Shown: positions 20,466 to 28,431 of the stretch, one piece after another
Layout: every line of letters starts with the position of its first letter
Position numbering within the stretch: position 1 is the first letter of the stretch
Assembly (NCBI GenBank): GCA_040222015.1
Contig: JAVJWO010000130.1
Location: 1 to 64,000 of the forward strand
DNA: 64,000 bases
Reading direction: 5' to 3'
Origin: Coleofasciculus chthonoplastes F2-STO-03
Lineage (GTDB): Bacteria > Cyanobacteriota > Cyanobacteriia > Cyanobacteriales > Coleofasciculaceae
Program-made: the position numbers and the translations under genes
Notes under the pieces: model-generated
Databases searched by the model: none
Told to the model about the DNA's origin: nothing
What the model saw: the letters and a program-made list of their open reading frames with translations, nothing else

Positions 20466-21293
20466 ATGGCAACAACATTGATTCATCCGACTGCTGTAAT
20501 CCACCCTGGTGCCCAACTGCATCCAACGGTTCAAATTGGCGCTTATGCGGTCATTGGCGATAATGTAAAAGTGGGTTCACAGACGAAGATTGGGGCGCAT
20601 GTGGTTCTCGAAGGACCGACTGAAATTGGGGAGAGAAACCAAATCTTTCCTGGGGCGGCGATTGGCTTAGAACCGCAAGATTTAAAATATGATGGGGCAC
20701 CAAGCTGGGTGAGGATTGGTGATGATAATCGGATTCGGGAATATGTCACGATTAACCGAGCAACGGGGGCGGGAGAAGCGACAGTAATTGGCGATGGCAA
20801 TTTGTTGATGGCTTATGTTCATGTGGCTCACAATTGCGTGTTAGAAGACTCTGTGGTTATCGCCAATGGTGTCGCTTTAGCGGGTCATGTTCATATTGAA
20901 ACAAAAGCCACTATTGGCGGCGTTTTAGGCATTCATCAATTTGTCCACATTGGGCGTCTAGCGATGGTGGGGGGAATGAGTCGCATTGATCGAGATGTAC
21001 CCCCTTATATGTTAGTCGAAGGCAACCCGGCACGAGTGCGATCGCTCAATTTAGTGGGGTTGAAACGAATGGGAATTAATGGTGAAACTCTAGGAGAATT
21101 AAAAAAGGCATTTCAGACACTCTATCGCTCTAATTACACCTTCAATCAAGCCTTAGAACAACTCCATCTAATATCTGAGCATGAACAGGTACAATACCTA
21201 CGCCTATTCTTAGAGCGATCGCAATTACCTGGGCGGCGTGGTTCGATTCCAGGGCGTCGTTTTCATCATAGTCAAGAAATGGAGAAGTTTTGA
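20466..21293 (+). CDS. lpxA: UDP-GlcNAc acyltransferase
   Basis: Hexapeptide repeats, PQDLKY, IREYVTINRAT, HVAHNC, IHQF. Confidence 0.97.
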   Translation: MATTLIHPTAVIHPGAQLHPTVQIGAYAVIGDNVKVGSQTKIGAHVVLEGPTEIGERNQIFPGAAIGLEPQDLKYDGAPSWVRIGDDNRIREYVTINRATGAGEATVIGDGNLLMAYVHVAHNCVLEDSVVIANGVALAGHVHIETKATIGGVLGIHQFVHIGRLAMVGGMSRIDRDVPPYMLVEGNPARVRSLNLVGLKRMGINGETLGELKKAFQTLYRSNYTFNQALEQLHLISEHEQVQYLRLFLERSQLPGRRGSIPGRRFHHSQEMEKF

Positions 21294-21410
21294 GTGTTGA
21301 CCCTTCACTTCGCTCAAGGGAACCTGGTTTGTAGTAGTGCTATATCCTTTGAAATGGTGCGTTACGCTGCGCTAACGCACCCTACACCTGTGACAAATGA
21401 CGAAGGACAA

Positions 21411-22649
21411 ATGACCAAAAAAACAATTTTTATCAGTACGGGTGAAGTCTCCGGTGATTTGCAAGGGGCAATGCTCATTGATGCCCTAAAACAGCAAGCC
21501 AAGCAACAAGGAATAGAGTTAACAATTGTGGCATTAGGCGGCGAAAAAATGGCGCGTGCGGGTGCTACATTATTAGGAAATACAACCGATATTGGCTCAG
21601 TCGGACTATTAGAATCTCTGCCCTTTGTGCTACCAACCTTAACCATTCAATGTCGCGCCAAACAATACCTTAAACATAATCCTCCAGATTTGGTAGTCCT
21701 GATTGACTATATGGGACCCAATCTCGGTATTGGCACATTTATTCAGCATCAGCTTTCCCAGGTTCCTGTCATATATTACATCGCTCCTCAAGAATGGGTT
21801 TGGTCATTGTCTCCCCGCAATACCACCAGAATTGTAGAAATGACGCACAAACTGTTAGCCATATTTCCCGAAGAAGCGCGTTACTTTGAAGAAAAAGGGG
21901 CATCAGTTCATTGCGTGGGTCATCCCTTGGTCGATCGCATCCCATCTTACCCCAGTCGTGAGCAAGCTAGAACAGCGCTAGGGATTAAACCCGATCAAAC
22001 CGCGATCGCACTTTTACCCGCCTCCAGACATCAAGAAATCAAATACATGATGCCAATTATCTTTTCCGCCGCCCAACGGCTTCAGGAGAAGTTATCGACT
22101 TGTAGAGACGTTCCGGTGGAACGTCTGGAAGCTGGAGGACAAAGGGCGAATGACAAAGGACAAATCTTTTGGATTCCCTTATCTCATCAAGCCTATCGAA
22201 AACCAATTGAAAAAGCAATACAAGACTATGGACTTCAGGCGACGTTAGTGACAGAAAAGACTCAGGAGGTACTGGCGGCTGCTGATTTAGCGATTACCAA
22301 ATCCGGTACAGTGAATTTGGAATTAGCCCTGCTCAATGTTCCCCAGGTTGTATTTTATCGCGTCAGTCCATTAACCTACTGGATTGCCCGTACTTTCTTC
22401 AACTTTTCCATTCCCTTCATGTCACCCCCAAATTTAGTGGTGATGCGTCCTATTGTTCCCGAATTACTCCAAGAAAATGCGACGCCAGACAACCTAGTTC
22501 GGGAAGCAATGGAACTGTTATTTAATCCCCAGAAGCGTCAACAAACCCTGGAAAATTATCACCAAATGCGTCAACTATTAGGGGACGTTGGTGTATGCGA
22601 TCGCGCGGCGTTAGCGATTCTCCAGCTAGCTCACCCACTAGGTTTGTAG
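21411..22649 (+). CDS. lpxB: Lipid-A-disaccharide synthase, carrying an in-frame repeat insertion
   Basis: IFISTGEVSGDLQGA, YYIAPQ.W.W, ALLPASR..E, KSGTVNLELAL; start moved to the ATG at 21411 because the upstream extension is REP/STRR sequence. Confidence 0.95.
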   Translation: MTKKTIFISTGEVSGDLQGAMLIDALKQQAKQQGIELTIVALGGEKMARAGATLLGNTTDIGSVGLLESLPFVLPTLTIQCRAKQYLKHNPPDLVVLIDYMGPNLGIGTFIQHQLSQVPVIYYIAPQEWVWSLSPRNTTRIVEMTHKLLAIFPEEARYFEEKGASVHCVGHPLVDRIPSYPSREQARTALGIKPDQTAIALLPASRHQEIKYMMPIIFSAAQRLQEKLSTCRDVPVERLEAGGQRANDKGQIFWIPLSHQAYRKPIEKAIQDYGLQATLVTEKTQEVLAAADLAITKSGTVNLELALLNVPQVVFYRVSPLTYWIARTFFNFSIPFMSPPNLVVMRPIVPELLQENATPDNLVREAMELLFNPQKRQQTLENYHQMRQLLGDVGVCDRAALAILQLAHPLGL

Positions 22650-22667
22650 TAAGCGCTTTAGCGCTTC

Positions 22668-22798
22668 TAAGTAGGTTGGTGGAAATAAACTTAACTAGAT
22701 TAAGTTATGTAAACAAGTCTCAAACCCTTACTGTTGCCTGTTGCCTGTTGCCTGTTCCCTAACCTCCACCGCTAACTTTAATTGTGTCCACCTACTTA
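22668..22798. mobile_element. ~130-bp MITE-like element, copy 1
   Basis: TAAGTAGGT ... ACCTACTTA termini, internal (CTGTTGC)n; homologous copy at 28299-28428. Confidence 0.75.
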
Positions 22799-22799
22799 G

Positions 22800-23110
22800 C
22801 ACGTTTGCGAAACCCAACATGACCAAGGTTTTCCTTGGGTTGAGCGAAGTCGAAACCCAACCTACAACTGTTAAAATGGGCGCACGCCATGCGCCCCTAC
22901 AATTCTAATCTTTTGAGGAAATCTGCCGCTTTTGTAGGGGCGGGTTCACCTTCATTGGTGTCAACTTAAGCTCAACCCCTCACCCCCAGCCCCTCTCCCA
23001 CGCCGGGGAGAGGGGAGTCCGGAGTTGGGGTTAGGGAATGAGGGGGGTCTATCAAGGGGGTAATCGACCCCGATTTGGTATAAATTAGGTATTCCCCGTT
23101 TCCTGTTCCC
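22800..23110. repeat. Mosaic of small dispersed REP-like repeats
   Basis: GAAACCCAACCTAC, GGGCGCACGCCATGCGCCCCTAC, GTAGGGGCGGGTT, CCCCTCTCCC...GGGAGAGGGG and a MITE end. Confidence 0.7.
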
Positions 23111-23146
23111 GTTGAGGAATTTAGATATCCTAATCTAAAATCACCT

Positions 23147-24232
23147 ATGAACTTATCCCAGCAATCTTGCCCGTTTTGTGCAGGGTCAATGATTACTGAC
23201 CCCCAATTCTTTGTCGGGCGGCGAGAAGAATTGGATCGGATTACCGCGCGTATGGTGAATGACCAACCCACGAGTATTAATATTGTCGGAGAACCCCGGA
23301 TTGGGAAGTCATCGTTACTCTATCATTTTTCTCAGACTTACGAACAACGAGTGCAGGGGGCTGGTAAAAATCCAGGTAATTATGTAGTCGTTTACTTATC
23401 ATTGCAAGCCGCGCAATGTCGAAAAGAAAGCAGTTTTTATCAGGCAATTGCCCAAGCCTTACTCAATCGTCCAGTGGTACAAGGGAATCCGGCGTTAGCG
23501 ACACCGTTAAAAGCAGGGACACTAGATAGACAGGGTTTTTCAGCGGCAATTGAAGCTTGGCAAGCGGAGAATGTTTTGCCTGTGTTGTGTTTGGATAAAT
23601 TTGAGGAACTGTTAGCGAAACCGGATCAGTTTACCGATGATTTTTATGATAATTTGCGGTCGTTGATGGATCGCAATGCGTTAATGTTGGTGATTGCGTC
23701 CTATCGGAATTTGGATGTTTATAAACGTAAGTATCGATTCCTGTCCTCATTTTTTAATCTGGGTCAGGTTTTGCCTGTGGGCGGAATTACGGAAACAGAA
23801 GCAATGGATTTGATGCGTTTACCGGAAAATAAAATACCGGGGGCGACGGCGGCGTTGAGTCCAGAACGGCAAAAACTAGGATTGGCTTGGGGTGGACGAC
23901 ATCCTTTATTATTACAATTAGCAGGATTGTGGTTATGGGAGGCGCAACAACATAGTCGTCCTGATGAATGGGCGAGGCAAAAGTTTGAACAGGAAGCCCA
24001 ACGGGTTCCTCAGTCTGGGGTGACAATACGGCGGTTAAAGCGTCCGGTGCGTTTGTTGCTGTGGTTGCCGATGAAATTGGGACGGATGGCGCGGTTCGTT
24101 GGCAATAATTTAAGTGATACCAGTAGTTTAATTTCGGGGACGGTTATTTTAATTGTGGCTATTCTGGTGATATTTAAGGTGTTGCCGTTTGAGGAGTTAT
24201 TGAAGCAAATTAAACGAATTGTTGGAGGCTAA
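23147..24232 (+). CDS. STAND-like P-loop ATPase with C-terminal TM helix
   Basis: FVGRREEL, Walker A GEPRIGKS, Walker B VLCLDKFE, GGRHPLLLQL (GxP) and a hydrophobic C-terminus. Confidence 0.85.
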   Translation: MNLSQQSCPFCAGSMITDPQFFVGRREELDRITARMVNDQPTSINIVGEPRIGKSSLLYHFSQTYEQRVQGAGKNPGNYVVVYLSLQAAQCRKESSFYQAIAQALLNRPVVQGNPALATPLKAGTLDRQGFSAAIEAWQAENVLPVLCLDKFEELLAKPDQFTDDFYDNLRSLMDRNALMLVIASYRNLDVYKRKYRFLSSFFNLGQVLPVGGITETEAMDLMRLPENKIPGATAALSPERQKLGLAWGGRHPLLLQLAGLWLWEAQQHSRPDEWARQKFEQEAQRVPQSGVTIRRLKRPVRLLLWLPMKLGRMARFVGNNLSDTSSLISGTVILIVAILVIFKVLPFEELLKQIKRIVGG

Positions 24233-24306
24233 AAACAATGTATTCTTTTTGAGATTAAATTTATTCAATGAACATAATTTTTGTAGTATACTTTCAGGTT
24301 TGATTT

Positions 24307-26922
24307 ATGCGATTATACTCAAATTTTTCAAGTCTTACAGGAACTATATTGACTGGCATAGTGCTGATACTTTTACTATTTGGAACACGGCAGTTTGGAG
24401 GACTAGAACCTTGGGAACTAGGTGTTTTTGATATAATGATGCAGTGGCGACCGAGTTTACCACTAGACCCCCGTTTGTTGGTAGTTGAAGTGACTGGGAA
24501 TGATATTCAATCACTAGAGCAGTGGCCCATGAGCGATGCTTTGATGCATCAACTCCTCTCTCAGCTAAAGCAGCATCAACCCACGGTGGTTGGTTTGAAT
24601 ATGTATCGAGATATTCCCATCCCTCCGGGTAACTCCCAATTAACCCAACTGTTTAAAAACAGCGATAATATCATCCCCATTTGTCGGTTGGGTAACGAAA
24701 CCAGGCGAGGGACTCCCCCACCCGAAGGGGTGTCTCAGGATCAAGTTGGCTTTGCGGATTTAGCCATAGATGAAGGGGATATTGTGCGTCGGGCGTTATT
24801 GTTTCACAATGCCGACATTCCTGAAGGTTGTACCACCCGTCTTTCTTTTGCGTTTCAGTTAGCCCGGTACTACCTCGAACAAAAAGGAATTGAGCCACAA
24901 ACTATTCAGCAAGACGAACAAGAGTATCTAAAATGGGGTGATATCGTCTTTAAACCCCTATCTCCCACATCGGGGGGTTACCAACAGGCAGATGCTGGTG
25001 GCTACCAAATTTTGTTGAATTACCGCACTTCCCAAAAGTTAGCCGATAGTGTGACCTTGACAGACGTTCTCGAAGATCGTGTTGATCCGAGCTTAGTTAA
25101 AGACCGCATTGTCCTGATTGGGATTTCTGATCCGGCAGAAAATGATCTGTTCTTCACGCCCTACAGTTCCCAAGGGGAAGTTCTTCAAAGAATGCTAGGA
25201 GTAGTTGTCCAGGGGCATATCGTCAGTCAATTGTTGAGTACGGTACTAGATGGACGACCCCTGTTTTGGTTTTGGTCAGAATGGGAGGAGATTTTATGGA
25301 TTTTAGGATGGGCGCTAGTTGGCGGTACTTTGACCTGGAAAATGCGTCATCCCCTGGTTTTGGGTTTGAGTACAACTGGTGCGCTAATTGTAGTGTTTGG
25401 TATTTGCTTTTTCATCTTTACTCAATACGGATGGATTCCCGTTGTAGCTCCTGCCTTTGCCCTCATGTCCATACCAGTTGTTAGTATTTCTCTGCGACTA
25501 CCGGAGTTTATCATGGTCTCTAGAGTTGCAGATGTTCTTAAACAGTGTCGAACTCCTGGAGATATTGCCGCAATTGCTAATCAATTAGCCTGGATTCCTT
25601 CACCGCCTCCAAGAGTCTTTGGGTTCATTGTTCCCCAGTTTTTAGAGGTTAGCCAAAGCGTACAACCAGTTCGAGAAGCCACCTCATCCTATCGCCAATA
25701 TGAATTTCTGGGTCGTTCCATCTCTCGATTACATCGTTTGCAAGAGAGTTTAGCGTTTAATACGTATGCCCCGCAAGCTACTCGGCTAGAAAAGATTGCC
25801 CAACGCTGGCTGAAAATATTGCAAACCGCCCAACAAACCCTAGCAGAACAAGCCAAACGTTCGGCTGAAATCCCCCAAGTTTACATCGCAGGCGCTTCCC
25901 TAAATCCCGATGATTCCAAAACTCGATTTAAAGGACGCCAAGACATCTTCCGAGAAATCGAAACCCTGGCACTTTCCGCCCAACCTCCTATCTTATTACT
26001 CCACGGTGGACGACGCACGGGTAAAACTTCTACTTTAAAATATCTCCCCCGCAAAGTAGGTTCAGAATTAATCCCCTTACTCATCGATTTACAAGGTGCA
26101 GCTACCGCCACTACCCTGAAAGGATTAGCCAACTACCTCGCCGAAGAAATTGTCAAAGCTGCCAAAAAATCCCGCAATTTTGACCTCCCTTATCCCAATT
26201 CCCACAAACTCGCCCAGGAACCCTTTCTCACCCTACAAACCTGGCTAGAAAAACTAGAACGCATCGCCCCCGGTAAACGTTTTCTCCTCTGTCTGGATGA
26301 ATTTGAACGCCTCAGCGAAGTTATCGCCACAACCAATAGCCGCATTCCCCTCAATTTCCTGCGCCACGTTTTACAACATCGCCGCCAATGGATACTTCTA
26401 TTCAGTGGTTCTCATACTTTAGACGAACTCGAACCCTATTGGAGTGATTATTTAATTAATACCCGTTCCCTGCGCGTTTCCTATCTGCAAAAACCCGAAG
26501 CCGAGGAATTAATTGTAGAACCGATCGCAGATTTTCCTAAAATCTATGAACCCCTTACCGTGAACCAGATTATCCAAGCAACGCGCTGTCAACCTTATCT
26601 AGTTCAACTCCTGTGTACGGTTATCGTGGATCACCTGAATCGGGAGAAACGGCGACTGGCTACCCCCGATGATGTGCAAACCTGTATTCCTATCGCCATA
26701 GAAACGGGGGGGATGTACTTTCGAGAATTATGGACAAGTTTAAGTGAACCTGAACAAGACTTCCTGGAATCCCTAATCACTGAAGAAACTCCCCATCCCC
26801 AGAATAAATCCACTGTGCGCCGCCTCATCCGCAAAGAAATCTTGGAAAAAAGGGAAGATTGTTATCGGTTTCAAGTTCCATTGGTGGAGAGATTTATTAC
26901 CCAGGTGGTGACGGAAGAGTGA
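24307..26922 (+). CDS. CHASE2 sensor, TM helices and STAND-like ATPase fusion
   Basis: CHASE2 motifs (DPRLLVVEV, QWP.SD, VGL..YRD.P, VGFAD...D.GDIVRR, KDRIVLIG), three TM helices, then FKGRQD, GGRRTGKT, LCLDEFE, T.CQPYLVQLLC. Confidence 0.88.
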   Translation: MRLYSNFSSLTGTILTGIVLILLLFGTRQFGGLEPWELGVFDIMMQWRPSLPLDPRLLVVEVTGNDIQSLEQWPMSDALMHQLLSQLKQHQPTVVGLNMYRDIPIPPGNSQLTQLFKNSDNIIPICRLGNETRRGTPPPEGVSQDQVGFADLAIDEGDIVRRALLFHNADIPEGCTTRLSFAFQLARYYLEQKGIEPQTIQQDEQEYLKWGDIVFKPLSPTSGGYQQADAGGYQILLNYRTSQKLADSVTLTDVLEDRVDPSLVKDRIVLIGISDPAENDLFFTPYSSQGEVLQRMLGVVVQGHIVSQLLSTVLDGRPLFWFWSEWEEILWILGWALVGGTLTWKMRHPLVLGLSTTGALIVVFGICFFIFTQYGWIPVVAPAFALMSIPVVSISLRLPEFIMVSRVADVLKQCRTPGDIAAIANQLAWIPSPPPRVFGFIVPQFLEVSQSVQPVREATSSYRQYEFLGRSISRLHRLQESLAFNTYAPQATRLEKIAQRWLKILQTAQQTLAEQAKRSAEIPQVYIAGASLNPDDSKTRFKGRQDIFREIETLALSAQPPILLLHGGRRTGKTSTLKYLPRKVGSELIPLLIDLQGAATATTLKGLANYLAEEIVKAAKKSRNFDLPYPNSHKLAQEPFLTLQTWLEKLERIAPGKRFLLCLDEFERLSEVIATTNSRIPLNFLRHVLQHRRQWILLFSGSHTLDELEPYWSDYLINTRSLRVSYLQKPEAEELIVEPIADFPKIYEPLTVNQIIQATRCQPYLVQLLCTVIVDHLNREKRRLATPDDVQTCIPIAIETGGMYFRELWTSLSEPEQDFLESLITEETPHPQNKSTVRRLIRKEILEKREDCYRFQVPLVERFITQVVTEE

Positions 26923-27021
26923 ACCCGGATGAAGCAAGAACCGTAGGGGTTTGGTTGTAGGGGCTGGGAGGCATTTCACCCTCATCCCCTAACCCCTTAT
27001 CCCACCCCCCTCGTTCCCCCC

Positions 27022-27325
27022 CAGGGGGTTTTCATTTTCAAAAATTATACCACAATAAAAGCAAAATCTTTGCTGATCAAAACCGTTTTTTAGCGAGTTT
27101 CAATTCTCTCTATTCAAAAATATTTTTAAGTCCAACTCTTTGCTTAATTTATAGCTGCAAAAAAGCTGAATCTTTTGCCGATTCGTCATTCCCAGGTTTA
27201 GCTTGTCTTTTTTTGAGTTTTCTTTCTTATTAAAATTAGTGGCATTGAATCTATTAATCGTTAAATTAGCAACATTTTTTGCCAATGGTTTCCTAACCAC
27301 GCCCCCGGACTTTGAAAACCCCCTG
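27022..27325. mobile_element. ~304-bp AT-rich MITE or internally deleted IS
   Basis: Perfect 13-bp terminal inverted repeat CAGGGGGTTTTCA / TGAAAACCCCCTG around an AT-rich interior. Confidence 0.7.
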
Positions 27326-27490
27326 CTTTATAACGCAGGGCTTCCATCAGTAGCGATCGCGTTTTTGTCAGAAATCCTGGATACTGACCGACTCTCATAC
27401 TGGCTTCAGCCCGGATCATAGTCAAATTTGTAAAGTTCTGCAAAGATGAATAAAATATGAAAAGAGATTGACGTGAACTGAGAACTCCCT

Positions 27491-27922
27491 GTGAAACTAT
27501 CTTCCTTGCCCATCGTCGGTTTTGTCCTGACAGCACCTTTTTCTTCAATGAATCCAGCCCCCAAAGATGTCTCTGATCCCCCTGAGTTGCCAATTTCCCC
27601 CACTCCCACCAGTTTGCGTCCCATCGTCAAGCGCCAACGGGGGATATGGGGTATCTTTAGTTCCACCTTCCTGACGATTTTTCTAGCTGAGATTGGCGAT
27701 AAAACCCAACTAGCTACCTTGCTGATTAGTGCAGAATCTCAATCCCCGTGGATTGTGTTTACAGGTGCTGCGATCGCACTGATCACCACCAGCTTAATCG
27801 GTGTCTTACTGGGAACCTGGTTAGCCAAGCGTTTACCGCCCAAAACCCTAGAAACCGCCGCCGGAACATTATTACTCTTCATTTCCGTTATGCTGCTATG
27901 GGATGTGGTACAACTCGGATGA
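27491..27922 (+). CDS. TMEM165/GDT1 (UPF0016) half-transporter 1 (Hmx1-like)
   Basis: FLAEIGDKTQLAT motif and three TM helices; start uncertain. Confidence 0.88.
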   Translation: MKLSSLPIVGFVLTAPFSSMNPAPKDVSDPPELPISPTPTSLRPIVKRQRGIWGIFSSTFLTIFLAEIGDKTQLATLLISAESQSPWIVFTGAAIALITTSLIGVLLGTWLAKRLPPKTLETAAGTLLLFISVMLLWDVVQLG

Positions 27923-28004
27923 AACAATTTGGAGTGTGTATTATTGTGTTTTCACCCAGAGGTGACTAAACCCACCCCGACTGAATCAAAGAGTTTTGAA
28001 TATT

Positions 28005-28286
28005 ATGGATTGGCAATTACTAGGATTAAGTTTCATTACCGTATTTTTAGCCGAAATTGGCGACAAAAGCCAACTAGCTGCGATCGCGCTTGGCGGTAGC
28101 CTCAAGTCGCCTCGTGCTGTATTCTTGGGGACGGTAGCTGCATTGCTGTTAGCCACGTTTATCGGCGTATTAGCTGGGGGAGGTATGGCGCAACTATTAC
28201 CCGTGCGAATGCTTAAAGCGATCGCGGCGGTGGGTTTCGCATTAATGGCAATTCGCTTGTTGTGGCCCGATGAGAACGACGAATGA
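28005..28286 (+). CDS. TMEM165/GDT1 (UPF0016) half-transporter 2 (Hmx2-like)
   Basis: MDWQLLGLSFITVFLAEIGDKSQLAAIAL and three TM helices. Confidence 0.9.
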   Translation: MDWQLLGLSFITVFLAEIGDKSQLAAIALGGSLKSPRAVFLGTVAALLLATFIGVLAGGGMAQLLPVRMLKAIAAVGFALMAIRLLWPDENDE

Positions 28287-28298
28287 CAAAATGACAAA

Positions 28299-28428
28299 TA
28301 AGTAGGTCGGTGTCAATAAACCCACCTATATTAAGTTCTGTCAATAATCCTCAAATCCTTACAAATGACCAATGACCAATGACCAATGACAATCCCCACC
28401 GTTAACTTTAATTGTCCCCACCTACTTA
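28299..28428. mobile_element. ~130-bp MITE-like element, copy 2
   Basis: TAAGTAGGT ... ACCTACTTA termini, internal (CCAATGA)n; ends 3 nt before the next ATG. Confidence 0.75.
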
Positions 28429-28431
28429 CCA

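Noticed and set aside
21294..21410. N-terminal extension of LpxB
   Set aside because: It consists of REP-like and heptamer repeats; LpxB similarity starts at about 21411
27100..27421. Short ORFs in the AT-rich element as real genes or a transposase
   Set aside because: Low-complexity translations with no DDE or HUH motifs
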